Below, piece after piece: positions 27,767-41,430 of a stretch of 64,000 nt of DNA. The notes beneath the pieces were generated by a model. It was given only the letters and a program-made list of their open reading frames with translations, had not been told where the DNA came from and searched no databases. How positions within the stretch are numbered: position 1 is the first letter of the stretch; every line of letters begins with the position of its first letter. This stretch comes from Octopus sinensis (taxonomy: Eukaryota): the NCBI RefSeq assembly GCF_006345805.1, contig NC_043013.1:10292001-10356000 (forward strand), given 5' to 3'. A program made the translations under genes and the position numbers.

Positions 27767-28429
27767 TATACACACACATATATACATACATACATGCATA
27801 TATATATGTATGTATGTATGTAATGTATGTATGTATGTATGTATGTATGTATGTATATATCATGTATATACCCAAAGAAATATAAACTATCTCAGTAGTA
27901 TAATAAATCAGTTAACAGTCACTAAATAAAGCTATAAAATGTGTCTATTAAATACTTCTAACTGGAAACGTGAGGCCGAAGTTGGTTGGGAAGAGATCTG
28001 TTTCAGTTTCTTACTGAAACCTTCTAAAGAATTTTGAAAGAATGTCTCCAGGCAAAGGAAAATCTCTAGAGAGGACTAAACTTCCATGTTGTCGTTGAGA
28101 AAGTCAAACGAATTGGTCGCCAATTTAACCACCCAACATTCTTTTTTTTTTCTTTGTGTCGTTTACGATGTTTCGATCGCTTGACTGTGGCCATGCCAGA
28201 GCTACGATTTGAAGAGATTTAGTGTTTATTGTTAACATTTGGTGCTTATCCTATCGCTGAGTTTCACCGAACCGATAAGATACAAAGTTATAAACAAACC
28301 CCCAGCATTGGTTGGCAAGCAGTGATGGGGGTACAAACACAAACGTACTGAAACTCTTAAGCACAAACACAACCCAAGCCCATATATATATATATATATA
28401 CACCACAAAGTTACTCCTACACCTATATA

Positions 28430-28591
28430 TATGTGTAGTAAGGAGTTTGCTTACCAACCACATGGTTCCGGGTTCAGTCCCACTGCGTGGCACCTAGGGA
28501 AAGTGTCTTTTACTATAGCCTCGGGCCGACCAAGGCCTTGTGAGTGGATTTGGTAGACGGAAACTACTGAAAAACGCTAGTCGTATATATG

Positions 28592-28622
<31 letters not shown>

Positions 28623-28650
28623 ATTTGCGTGTCTGTGTTTGCCCCCCCCC
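28430..28650 (+). mobile_element. Family A SINE, 5' half
   Basis: CCAACCACATGGTTCCGGGTTCAGTCCCACTGCGTGGCACC...GTGAGTGGATTTGGTAGACGGAAAC. Confidence 0.75.
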
Positions 28651-29105
28651 ATCTATATACAATGTTGTTGCAACCACCCTGTTCCAACAACTAAAACAAC
28701 GGGTGTGGTGGAAATTTTCAGCTTAATCAGACAAGTGCTAGGTGACCTTCAAACACATTGGATTTGGATCATAGTATGCGCAACGATTAATTCTGTTCCA
28801 AGGCGGTATACTGTTCCATTTCTCGACCATTTTCTTTTTTCTTCTTTGTGAAATTTATGTGGAGACATTTCTGGCGAGCCCAACAGATGTTAAAAAACGT
28901 TTTGAATCAAATATACCGATAGCTATATTTGATTCAGAACGCTAATTTGAAAACTACCTGAAATAAGATGAAAAACGTAAGAAATACTAGGTTTTCTTAA
29001 TAAAGCACACAATTTGTATAAGAGTAACGCATTTTTATTTACAACAATAATTTCTATAGGACCAAAAGCCTAATGTGAACACTAACACTGAATATTGAAC
29101 ATTAT

Positions 29106-29317
29106 AAGGCGACGAGTTGGCAGAAACGTTAGTACGCCGGGCGAAAATCTTAGCGGTTTTCGTCTGTCTTTACGTTCTGAGTTCAAATTCCACCGAGGTC
29201 AACTTTGCCTTTCATCCTCTAGGGGTCGATAAATTAAGTATAAGCTACATACTGTGGGTCGATCTCATCGACTGGCCCACTCCCCACCAATTTCGGGCCT
29301 TGTGCCTAGAGTAGAAA
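29106..29317 (+). mobile_element. Family B SINE nested in the hAT element
   Basis: Perfect 17-bp TSD TGAATATTGAACATTAT at 29089-29105 and 29318-29334. Confidence 0.9.
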
Positions 29318-29359
29318 TGAATATTGAACATTATTTTTGAATAAGAGTGGATTTAGTGG

Positions 29360-30720
29360 CAAGTTGGGTGTTTTATGTTTTTCGGTAACGGCCTGTAAAA
29401 GAAATTGCTTCTCAGTTTCATCTTTTGTGAGAATGTTATTGTAATCCTTAATAAGTTTGACATCTCTTTCGCCAATATCATTCACAACAACTGTCTTCTC
29501 GAGTTTTTCAAGTCCACATATGTAACTAGAATCATCTTCCCATATTGAAAGATTCTTTGTCGAAAATATCTCGTGAAGAAAGTTTTTGTACCAGGAATTA
29601 CAAAAGACGAAATCTCGATGTTTTTATAGGAAGAAAAGTCATCTTGGTGCTGAATGTACCTCTTCAGTTGACCTTTTTCTTCCTCTTCTTCTTCACCTTT
29701 GTCTGCTTCCAGCATAACCTGAGCAATATTTGCCTTCACCTCTGTTGGAATGTTGTCATCAAATATGGATAGATCCACAGTTTCGGGAGCTAAGTACCAA
29801 AGATGGATGAAATTTTTTTCTCAGCAGCCTTACTGATTTCTGGATCAATATCCTGATAATTTATCAGTTGACACATGAATATGAAATCATGATAATGTGC
29901 TTTAATTATTTCTGATGGCAGAAACCAGGCTCGAACATACATTTGAGCAAGAAAAATACATATTCTTCTTAAAGAGTTCTTCTCCCCAGGAGATAACTGA
30001 AATTGATCTTGAAACAGGTATATCTTGAATGCGTAAATTGCTTTCGACATCCACCTGGCATGACTTACAGTTCCTGCAGTACGAAACGATATCCTGTTCT
30101 TCGGAATGCCGCCAAGATAGATCATCAATAACTATAGCCATTCTCAGTAATCATTTCGTGGTTGTTTCTGTATAGAAAGGTGGCATTCAAGAAATCCAAG
30201 AATTGTATAGTGGACATCATCAGGCACTTCATTGCTACTAGTTATGTAAATCTTCTTGTTGAGTTTCGTCCAGGTTTCTCTAAATCTTTTGAGAGAAGCC
30301 ATGTCTTGACCAGAAGTTCCTAAAAAGTTACTCAAAAATGTGATGACGGCAAGGTTACTACAACAGGTCACGATTAGACAACTTTTCTAGATTTGTACTT
30401 GCACCATTCACTCGGCCTGTGTTGCTTGCTGTCGTATCACAGCAAAGTGCCTGAATTTTCTTGGTTATACCCCTCTTCTCCACTGCTTGGTAAACAGCCA
30501 TGGTTTCCTGTTCTCCTGCAGAAGTTGGAATTTCAGGGACTCGCAACAATTGCTCCTTAACTTGAAAAGTTATTATATTGCCAGTCTATCAACCTTTTCA
30601 ACGCCCGTGAATGCTAGAAGCAGCTTTCCATCCCAATGCAACACTAATTCTTGACAGTCGTTTAGGTTACATTTGTACTGTATTTCCGTGTGTCTCGCTT
30701 CTCTAAATTTTGTTCTGAGA
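29360..30720 (-). pseudogene. hATm-like transposase pseudogene
   Basis: Motifs VLHWDGKLL, ALCCDTTASNTGRVNGA, QPRNDY, SHARWMSKAIYAFKIYLFQ and DIGERDVKLIKDYN spread over several broken frames. Confidence 0.75.
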
Positions 30721-31559
30721 CATTGATAATAAGTATACAAAGCACATAACATTATAAAACGGAGAGGTTATAAACATGGTATTACAACTTTGTCAGGATT
30801 ACCAACACAACAGGGGAAGGTTTATATCATAATGCGCCACAACAAAATGAAAGAGTGCTCACAAGTTACTACAAATAAATTAACTTATATTTACAAACGC
30901 GGACAAGTCATATTTTTTCACTGTTTATCACTAACGTATTTATCTTAATATTCTATTTCTCTACACTACTATTAGGTGCAGTACAATTCATTCACCAGAC
31001 GAACGCAACTCACAACCTCACAACCTCACGATTGGCCACCGAGTGGATGACGGCGAAAAATAGGTGTTTGCCCTTTATCTGCACACTGTCCCCAGCTTTG
31101 AAAATTGCTTTCCCCATTATATTTATTAACACTTATCCCTCTATTACCAAAAATAAGTCTGAACAGAATTTTTTTTTATTTAAGAGAAAATTATATAAGT
31201 GATAAAAAAAAATTTATCGGAAAAAATGACTTGTCGGACGAAAACTTCAAACTTTCATGGTCGATGAGGGTCGCCTTGCAGTTGTTTGACTGAGCTTAAA
31301 TTTTGCATAGATTGTTTTTTTTTTTTTTTTTTTTTTTGTTAATTGGGGCAAGATAGAGGGTGGGAGCTAAACTTTTAGAAAGTTGAAAAATAAGGGCTAC
31401 TCTAATATACATGTATATGCATATATACAAATACATATATACACATATACATATATATGTATATATATATACTTAGACAGATATATAAATACACACACAC
31501 ACATATATATGTGTGTATACAGACAGACAGAGAGACAGACAGAAAAACAGACAGACAAA

Positions 31560-31616
31560 CAAAACAGATAAATAGATAGATAGATAGATTGATAGATTGA
31601 TTGATTGATTGATTGG

Positions 31617-31693
<77 letters not shown>

Positions 31694-31705
31694 GGATAGA
31701 TATAC
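31560..31705. repeat. (GATA)n tetranucleotide microsatellite
   Basis: Direct reading. Confidence 0.95.
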
Positions 31706-31899
31706 GATAATGTAACATGAATGCATGCACAAAGTAATGAGCTATTAAATTATCTGATTTTTCCGTATAAAACTGAAAATGGAGTGTCTGTGTTTAAATA
31801 TATAATTTGTGAATGTATGTGCAAAGAAAAGGAATGAATAAAGAAGGGACAGAGTGATAGGCTCATAAATACATCATATACGTAGGGAGTACCAACTAG

Positions 31900-31939
<40 letters not shown>

Positions 31940-32359
31940 ATTGGAGTGAGAAAGAATGAGAGAAAGAGTATGTGAGCGAATGCTTGTGTATGTGGGATGA
32001 GAATGATTTCAGGCTTTTAACGTTGAGCCCTAAATGCAATATAAAGACTGCAATCATCGCGCCTTTTCCATTAAAAGGTTACAAAAGTCTCCACTATATA
32101 AAATAATGTGTTTTTTATTAGGTTTTAATGTGATGGCGGGAAAGTTAGTTCTAGAAGTATTTTTTTTTTATCATTCTCGTTTGTGTGTGTGAATCTTTTT
32201 TTTTTTAATTTCTTTTCATATTTTTAGATTTAATGATTCTATTATTGCAATAATTAAACGATTTCCAAGTGGAAGCAATGTTTATTTTGTTTATTTTTAA
32301 ATACTGATCAATAGGAAAAAATATATTGATTATTTTTTAAATACTTTTCATCTTAAAGA

Positions 32360-32438
<79 letters not shown>

Positions 32439-32765
32439 TGTGCTTTTAATATATATAAAAACACATACAGATACCCGCATGCGGTTTAAAACACACATAC
32501 ATAAATATACACACACATATCTATCTATATATATATATCTACATGCATTTAGACACACACACAAGTGTATTTTGCGTTTATTTTGTGTGCATATATATAT
32601 TATATATATATATATATATATATTGTATATATACATGATATATGTATATATGATATATATAAGTATATATATAAATAATAAATAAGGGCGGTGCTCCAGC
32701 ATGGCCACAGTCAAATGACTGAAACAAGTAAAAAAAAAAAGAAATATATATATATATATATATAT

Positions 32766-33056
32766 AGGTGCAGGAGTGGCTGTGTGGTAAGTAGCTTGTT
32801 TACCAACCACATGGTTCCGGGTTCAGTCCCACTGCGTAGCATCTTGGGCAAGTGTCTTCTGCTATAGCCTCGGGCCGACCAAAGCCTTGTGAGTGGATTT
32901 GGTAGACGGAAACTGAAAGAAGCCTGTCGAATATATATATATATATGTATGTGTATGTGTGTGTTTGTCCCCCTAGCATTGCTTGACAACCGATGCTGGT
33001 GTGTTTACGTACCCGTCACTTAGCGGTTCGGCAAAAGAGACCGATAGAATAAGTAC
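32766..33056 (+). mobile_element. Family A SINE (3'-truncated), preceded by a detached 3'-end fragment at ~32686-32735
   Basis: GGTGCAGGAGTGGCTGTGTGGTAAG head through GACCGATAGAATAAGTACT. Confidence 0.85.
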
Positions 33057-33200
33057 TGTATGTATGCATGAATCTCAGATCTTTCCAGCTTTAACAAATT
33101 TACGTATGAATTTGATTCGAATTCTGATTTTATCCGAAGTAGCCGTGTGCTTCTTATTTTCTGCAAATAACTATTAGGTATAAGAATCCGGTATAAGAAA

Positions 33201-33432
33201 GGCGGCGAGCTGAAAGAAACGTTAGCAGGTCGGGCGAAATGCTTAGCGGTATTTCGTCTGCCGTTACGTTCTGAGTTCAAATTCCGCCAAGGTCGATTTT
33301 GCCTTTCATCCTTTCGGGGTCGATAAATTAAGTAACAGTTACGCACTGGGGTCGATGTAATCGACTTAATAACCTATGTCTGTCCCTGTTTGTCCCCTCT
33401 GTGTTTAGCCCCTTGTGGGTAATAAAGAAATA
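33201..33432 (+). mobile_element. Family B SINE, full length
   Basis: GGCGGCGAGCTG head to GTAATAAAGAAATAGG; flanking GG(T/C)ATAAGAATCCGG repeats. Confidence 0.85.
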
Positions 33433-33678
33433 GGCATAAGAATCCGGCAAAATATCAGACCAGCTAAACACCGGAATGGATTTCTGTTAACATTATATTT
33501 CATGTTTCTATTGCAGAAGTGGATATTCCATAGGAAGAAAGAAAGGCAATTTTTTTTCTACTCGAACAAACCAAAGGGGAGACTCTGCATTGTGAATCTG
33601 TCTGCCAAAATTATTAAATTTTTTTCGCCAGCGTTTTTAAATAAAAGACACACTGAATAATATAACTCCCGATATGAT

Positions 33679-34062
33679 AGGAGCACTCCGTCGGTTACGA
33701 CGACGAGGGTTCCGGTTGATCCGAATCAACGGAACAGCCTGCTCGTGAAATTAACGTGTAAGTGGCTGAGCACTCCACAAACACGTGAACCCTTAACGTA
33801 GTTCTCGGGGATATTCAGCGTGACACAGAGAGTGACAAGGCCGGCCCTTTGAAATACAGGTACAACAGAAACAGGAAGTAAGAGTGAGAGAAAGTTGTGG
33901 TGAAAGAGTACAGCAGGGATCACCACCATCCCCTGCCGGAGCCTCGTGGAGCTTTAGGTGTTTTTGCTCAATAAACACTCACAACGCCCGGTCTGGGAAT
34001 CGAAACTGCGAACCTATGACCGCGAGTCCGCTGCCCTAACCACTGGGCCATTGCGCCTCCAC
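33679..34062 (-). mobile_element. Family C2 SINE, full length
   Basis: Homologous to the 26521 copy; flanked by an AAC(T/C)CCCGATAT direct repeat. Confidence 0.9.
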
Positions 34063-34546
34063 AACCCCCGATATATTAATCCTTTGGCCACGATCTGTGC
34101 TCATAGCACTTTATGAAGCCTCGACGACTGATGGTACGGTATGCGGAAGACACTTTAAAATCAGAAGCTTCTATCAAATGCTTGGAACTGAGTGAATGCA
34201 GGTAAAGAAAACTCAAGAACCAGATGCTTCTGGTGCTAAGAGTTTAGTTTTGCGATCCATTGTGTTTAATCAATTCCTTTCAGTGAAATTTTATTTATTA
34301 TATTTCGATGAAGGGAACTTAACATTTCAGGAATTATTCCTTGATTTTTCTTTCAAGTAAATGCTGTGCTGTAATCATTAATGTCTGTCAGCCATAAGGA
34401 TACCAGCGGGGAAGTTTATGATGGCAGTCGCTGGATGCGTCTGTTTTTGTCCCACGTTACGTTTCAACTTCATGCATTTGAACATGTCAAAGGTTTCTTG
34501 GTCTTTTAGGGTTATTGGGAATTCCTTGTTTATATTATACCATATA

Positions 34547-34952
34547 GGCGATGGAGTGGCTGTGTGGTAAGTTGCTTGCTAACCAACCCCATGGTTCCGG
34601 GTTCAGTCCCACTGCGTGGCATCTTGGGCAAGTGTCTTCTGCTATAGCCCCGAGCCGACCAATGCCTTGTGAGTGGATTTGGTAGACGGAAACTGAAAGA
34701 AGCCTGTCGTATATATGTATACATATATATATGTGTGTGTGTGTTTGTGTGTCTGTGTTTGTCCCCCTAGCATTGCTTGACAACCGATGCTGGTGTGTTT
34801 ACGTCCCCGTCACTTAGCGGTTCGGCAAAAGAGACCGATAGAATAAGTACTGGGCTTACAAAGAATAAGTCCCGGGGTCGATTTGCTCGACTAAAGGCGG
34901 TGCTCCAGCATGGCCGCAGTCAAATGACTGAAACAAGTAAAAGAGTGAAGAG
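34547..34952 (+). mobile_element. Family A SINE, full length
   Basis: A-box-like TGGCTGTGTGG, B-box-like GGTTCAGTCCC, internal (TA)(TG) tract, 3' end AAACAAGTAAAAGAGT. Confidence 0.9.
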
Positions 34953-35461
34953 TATATATTAATGAGACCGAATGCCAAAGTAATCAGGGTTTTAGGATAG
35001 ATTGCTTGGTGTTAATCACTCCGTTCCTCTACTCTCCGAGCTCAAAACTGGACCGAGCTCAACTTTTAAAGCAGCGAGCAAGTAGAACCTTTAGTGTGCT
35101 GTAGAAAATGTGTAGTGGCTTATCTTTCGGTTTCCTGCCTTCTGAGTTCAAACTTCACAAGATCTGTTTTGTTTTCTCATCCTTTCACGGTCGATACAAT
35201 AAGTACCAGTTTAACACACCTGTAAAATTCAATCTACTTTTTCCGCTTCTTATATTTGCTGGCCTTGTGCCAAAATTGAAAAATGTATGTCCTACATCAA
35301 TACTTCGTAATTGTTTGTGATAGGGATTCTAATTCTGGCTAAGGTAATGCTCATTTAAGGATTTCTCATTTATGGAGATTTTGTTGCATACATTTACAGG
35401 CGCAATATTTGCAGACATCGTCAGGGAACATTGCTAGCAAAGTTTCAAATTTACCCAAAAT

Positions 35462-35677
35462 ATTCTTTCTACTCTAAGCACAAGGCCCGCAATTTTGAGG
35501 GCGGGGCCAGTCGATTGGATTGACACCAGTAAGCAACTGGTACTTAATCTATCGATCCCGAAAGGATGAAAGGCAAAGTAGACCTCGGCGGAAATTGAAC
35601 TCAAAACGTAAAGACAGACGAAATATCGCGAAGCATTTCGCCCGATGTGCTTACGTTTCTGCTAGCTCACCGCCTTA
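35462..35677 (-). mobile_element. Family B SINE
   Basis: Family homology; flanking AATTTA(C/G)CCAAAATATT direct repeat. Confidence 0.85.
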
Positions 35678-35804
35678 ATTTAGCCAAAATATTGTTAATG
35701 CTGTTGATTATGTCGTGGTTTAAACCTTCCCTCAGCCCCGACGAACCAAACTAATGATTGCCAGTAAGAAGAACATGCTATACTTGCAACTAAAATTTAA
35801 ATAA

Positions 35805-36053
35805 ATACGCCCTTTTAAAGCCTAGCCAGGCTCATGGGCTCAGTTTCCCGGTTTCTGTGGCGTATGTGTTCTCCACCTGGACGGGACACCAGTCCATCGC
35901 AGCGTTACTTATTTTTGCCAGCTGAGTGGACTGGAGCAACGTGAAATGAAGTGTTTTGCTCAAGAACACAACGCGCCGCTCGGTCCAGGAATCGAAACCA
36001 CAATCTTACGATCATGATGCTGACACCCTAACTACTAAGCCAAGCGCCTCCAC
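35805..36053 (-). mobile_element. CORE-type SINE, family C3
   Basis: Head GGAGGCGCTTGGCTTAGTAGTTAGGG, CORE-like domain, tail TGCGATGGACTGG...GCCTGGCTAGGCTTTAAAAGGGCG; homologous to the 45776 copy. Confidence 0.85.
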
Positions 36054-36705
36054 TTACCTGCAACTATATCATCTAGATTGTTATTAGATTTTTCTTTTTT
36101 TGTATGAACACAAAAAGAATTTAGTTGCTATTTCAAACAGGTCAAGCGACAAGACATAGAGACCCCAGCTTTCGCTCATGAAATGAACACAGATTTACTT
36201 TGTCGATCATAGAAAAATGTTTAACGTATGTTTAGGATATTTTACAGTTTATGGATTCCATAAAATATTAACAAAGTAATTTGACAATAAAAAGCTGCAT
36301 GTCTTTAGAATGTTATGATGTGGTATTTATTGAGAAGGATCTGTGGTCGATCAAGTCGACGAAATATAGTGAGAGCTGACACGAAAGTAGACGAGGGAGA
36401 ACGATTGAGAGAGTAAAAGAGAGGGAGGGTGTGTGACTGAGGGAGAAAAGAGACATAGAAGAGAGAGGAGAATGGAAGTCTGAGAGTGGGGTATAGATGA
36501 TAGTAAACGTAGTATATGTGCTACTAAAATCTTCAATGAGATTGAAAATCAAGTACGAAAAATGATACGACATAGTGGAAAAGATCAACGACATGCAGTA
36601 AGAGAGTTTGAATTTGAAAATATCAGTAGAAGAGTGTGAATGGGGTAGCGAGACAACGAAATATTACATAGATGCATACACACACATGTAATGTATATAC
36701 ATATA

Positions 36706-36740
<35 letters not shown>

Positions 36741-36969
36741 CAAATTAAGTGCTGAGTTTTATTTGAGAACATAATCTTTGTGGAGAATGGCGATTTGACG
36801 TCTATATCTAGCATGTTGACTGTCCACTTTTCGTGTTCAGTCCTTAATTGGTATATATAAATATTTTAATCCTCGGATTCTTTTTAATATGCTAGACCAC
36901 TGGTTTCAATGACTAGTATCAATTTCTACCCTTAATTAATATATATATATTATATTAATATATATATAT

Positions 36970-37044
<75 letters not shown>

Positions 37045-37096
37045 GATACATATATACATACACACACACACACACATATATATATATTTTTATATA

Positions 37097-37138
<42 letters not shown>

Positions 37139-38136
37139 GATAGATATGTGTGTGTGTGTGTTTGTGTGTATGTATGCATGTGTCAAGAAAGTGAGAAAGA
37201 GGGTGGAGAGAGAAATGAAATGGAGAGATGATTAAGAATATGGACATAGAATTCGTAATAAAATTAAGATAGTAGGAAAATAAAAGTGAACGGTTTACAA
37301 CCAATTAAGAGCGGTGGGGAGAGGGTGAAAAAGAAATAGAAAGCGCTAGATGGCTTAATTGAATGATAAAGTATGTAGATGAATAAATAATAAAGATGAA
37401 TTATAAAAGGTTTTCAAAATGGCGGATAGTGATAGAGAGTGTAAATTAATGGATAATGGAGATACAAAGATAATTCGCGTGTATAAAAGGCGAGTGGAGA
37501 GAATACATTCTTGTTTGTATTTTTATTCCTTTATACGCTGACGGTTGTTAGGCGACGACTGATTGTTGGTACAACGCCAGACAATAATGAATTTTTTGCG
37601 GTATTTACTGTTGGTCATTTGCATTGTGAGTTCAAATCCCATGGTTGAATTTTTTTGCCCTTGGAGTGTTCATTTGACAAATGTTAGTTTCAAGTTTTGG
37701 CACAAGCCCAGCAATTTTGTGCGATGGGTAAGTCGATTACATCGACCCACAGTGCTCAACTGGTGCTTATTTTATCGATCCCGAAATGTTGAAATGCAGA
37801 GTCGAAATCTGAATTTAGATCGTAAAGAGGGACAAAATGCCGCTAACAATTTTTTCCGGCGTGTTAACGATTCGGCCAGCTTGTCGCCTTCAATATAATG
37901 AATATTTGTCAAGAAATAGATCGATAATAGATCAATAACTCTAAAAAAAAAAAACCTTCTATTACACGTTTTATTGGCTGTTATCAGAAATATTTATGCA
38001 TATGGTCTTAAGTGTGCTTATTCAGAGCTGACCTGACGAAAAGCGACAATAACAACAACAACATTATCAACGACATACAAAACAGCAATAACAATAATAG
38101 TGTTAAACTCGATCGAACTTAAGAAAAATAACTTTC

Positions 38137-38500
38137 TTAGTTTTGTGTAGTAAAAGAAAATAGAACCGCGAAAATGAGAGCTCACTCTCTTCTTAGATCT
38201 CTGAGAGATGAAGATGATGATAATAATGATGATAAAGATGATAATGATGAGGATGATGATGACATAAGTGTTGGTGTGTGTGTGTGTGTGTGTGTGCGTT
38301 TCTGTGTATACGTGCATGCACGTGTAAGCGGGCTCTAGTGAGTGTATGTGTGTGTGTATGTATGTGTGTGTGTGTGGGTGTGAGTGTGTGTGAGGAAGAG
38401 TAATACATTAGTTTTGTGAACAAAAAGGAAAAAACCGCGAAAATGAGAGCTGACCATGATGGCGATAAAGATGATGACGATGATTATGTGTTGGTGCGTG
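38137..38500. repeat. Degenerate ~270-bp tandem duplication
   Basis: TTAGTTTTGTG...AACCGCGAAAATGAGAGCT...GATAAAGATGA...TGTTGGTG starts at both ~38137 and ~38408. Confidence 0.65.
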
Positions 38501-38630
38501 TGTGTGTGTGTTTGCGTGAGTGTGTGTGTGTATGTATCTGTGTGTATGTCTGTGTGTGCATGTCTGTATTCGTGCACACACGTGTATGTGGGTGTCAGTG
38601 CTTGTGTGTGCATATGTGTGTATTTGTTTG

Positions 38631-38671
<41 letters not shown>

Positions 38672-38742
38672 AGTTATAGAAGTTGGAAAGAAGAAATAAG
38701 AAAGAAGATTGAATGAGAGGAAGAGAAACAGATTAACAAGGA

Positions 38743-38788
<46 letters not shown>

Positions 38789-39034
38789 TAGAAAATAAGG
38801 AAAAGGTAGTAAGGGGCTAAAAGATAATATGGAACCGTGATGAAGAAGGGATAAAGGAATGTGAGACATCATAAATAACAAATATGTGTAGGGGAGAGTA
38901 GGGAAAGAGAAAGACAGAGCGAGAGAGACAGAAACAGTGAGATAAGGGGAGAAGGAGTAAGAGAAAAGGAGAGAAAAATAAATTGGATGAGTGCGACGGA
39001 GAAGAAATCTAATAGAGTGAAATGAGTAGTGCAA

Positions 39035-39123
<89 letters not shown>

Positions 39124-39186
39124 TATAAAGAGAGAGGCAATTATGCGGATAAACAAACGATATTACATATATCAAAAATATGAAGA

Positions 39187-40195
39187 CGGCGAGTTGGCAG
39201 AAATGTTAGCGCGCCGGGCGAAATGCGTAGCCGTATTTCGGTTGCCGTTACGTTCTGAGCTCAAGATCCGCCGAGGTCCACTTTGCTTTCATCCTTTCGG
39301 GGTTGATAAATTAAGGACCACTTACGCACTGGGGTCGACTTAATCCGTTTGTCTGTCCTTTTTTGTCCCCTCTGTGTTTAGCCCCTTGTGGGTAGTAAAG
39401 AAATAGCTACTTCGGTTGCTGTTACGTTCTGCGTTCAAATTCCGCCGTGGTCGACCTTGCCTTTCATCCTTTCGGTGTCGATTAAATAAGTACCAGTTAC
39501 GCACTGGATCGATGTAATCGACTTAATCCCTCTGTTTTTTTGGTGGGGGGGGGGACAAACACAACACACACACACACACACACATATATATACATATACG
39601 ACGGGCTTCATACACTTTCCTTCTACCGAATCCACTCACAAAGCATTTGTTGGGCCAAGGCTATAATAGAAGACACCTGCCCAAGGTGTCACGGAGTAGG
39701 ACTGAACCCAAAACCATGTGGTTGGTAAGCAAGCTAATTACCACACAGATATTTCTGCGCATACTTCAAAATTTATCATCTGAAAATTTCCACCTTTTAC
39801 TTTCTTATTTCTTTATTGCCCACAAGGGGCTAAACATAGAGGGGACAAACAAAGACAGATAAAAGAGTTAAGTCGGTTACATCAACCCCAGGCATAACAG
39901 GTGCGTAATTTATCGACCACGAAAAGATGAAAGACAAAGTCGACCTCAGCGAAATTTGAACTCAGAACGTAACGGCAGACGAAAAACCTATTTTTTTACT
40001 ACCCACAAGGGGCTAAACACACAGAGGACAATCAAGGACTGATAAACGGATTAAGTCGATTAAATCGACCCCAGTGCGTAAGTGGTCCTTATTTTATCGA
40101 CCCCGAAAGGATGAAAGGCAAAGTTGACCTCGGCGGAATTTGAACTTAGAACGTAGCAGCAGACGAAATACCTATTTCTTTACTACCCACAAGGG
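39187..40195. mobile_element. SINE cluster: family B (+, 39187-39535), family A 5' half (-, 39540-39748), tandem family B (-, 39800-40195)
   Basis: Family consensus motifs in both orientations. Confidence 0.8.
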
Positions 40196-40723
40196 TAGAG
40201 AGAAAGTGAAGGTCGAGATAATTTGAGAAAGAAAGAGATAAAAATTAAAAGAGAGACTAAGAGTGAGCGCGGGGGAGATTGTTACAGAGAGAGAGGTGGA
40301 GTAAGCTACTAAGGGAAAAAAGTAAAAATATAGAGAGATATGAAGAGAGAACTGGGGAGAGATAGTTAGAGAGAGAGAGAGAAAGAAAGAAAGAAAGAAA
40401 GAGAGAGGGAGGGAGAAAAAAGAAAAAGAGAGAGAGGATTAAAGAACGATATTCAAAAAAATAAAATATTTAGTGGAGGAAGCCAAGACAGAGAGGAGAA
40501 AGAGTGAAGAGAGAAAAGGCGGGAGAAAGAGAAGAGAAAGAAAGAGATAAGAAGGGAGAAAGAGAGAAAGAGAAAAGGAGAGGAGGAGGGAGAAAGAGAG
40601 AAAGGAGAAAGAGAGAATAAGGGAGAAAGAGAGAAGGTGGAAGAAAGAGAGAGAAACGGAGAAGGAGAGAAAAATGGAGAAAAAGAGTATTCCGGAGATA
40701 GTTTCAGAGCGGGAGATAATTGC

Positions 40724-40758
<35 letters not shown>

Positions 40759-41048
40759 GAGAGAGAGAGATAGAGAAAGAGTGAGAGAGAGAGAGAGAGA
40801 GGGAAAGAGAGAGAAGTAGGAATAGAAATAGAGTGGGAGAAAGAGGGAAAGAGAGAGAAGTAGGGAGAGAAATAGAGTAGGAGGAAGCGAAAACAATTAA
40901 GGGAGATAATTGCGAAAAATTCAAAATGCAATGTGAGAGAAAGAGAGAAAGAAAAAAAAATTAAGACAGAGTTCACAAGAGAGAAAGATACTGGGTGTGG
41001 AGAGAGATTTTGATAGATAGAAATTAAATTATTAAAATGTGAGGATGG

Positions 41049-41082
<34 letters not shown>

Positions 41083-41099
41083 GGGGGGGTGAGAGAGAC

Positions 41100-41152
<53 letters not shown>

Positions 41153-41430
41153 GGGGGGGTGAGAGAGAGAAACTAAAGAAGAGAGATGGAGAAGGAAATG
41201 ATAGAGCAACACAGAGACAGAGAGAGAGAGAGAGAGAGAGATAGAAGTGAGAGACTAAGAAAAAAGAGAGGGGTTGAATTTGAGATGGAGACGACGATGA
41301 AAGAGAGAGAGAGGAGTGTTTTGAAGACAGAGAGTTAGATTCGGAGAGACAAAAAAGAAAGATAGGGAGACGGAGAGAAAGCGAGAGAGAAAGAGAGAGT
41401 GTGGAAGAAGGAAAGGATGAGAGGAAGGTC
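40195..41430. repeat. ~1.2-kb polypurine (GA-rich) tract
   Basis: Almost entirely G/A on the + strand, with (GA)n and (GACA)n runs. Confidence 0.9.

Larger units (their letters stand above)
28670..31370 (-). mobile_element. hAT-superfamily (hATm-like) DNA transposon, decayed
   Basis: Transposase remnant plus imperfect subterminal inverted repeats: AAATTTTCAGCTTAATCAGACAAGTGCTAGGTGACCTTCA (~28712-28751) vs reverse complement of ~31266-31309, about 31/40 identity; exact ends uncertain. Confidence 0.65.

Noticed and set aside
33990-34062. tRNA-like sequence with A/B boxes
   Set aside because: It is the head of a SINE continuing into body and tail; I could not form a proper cloverleaf
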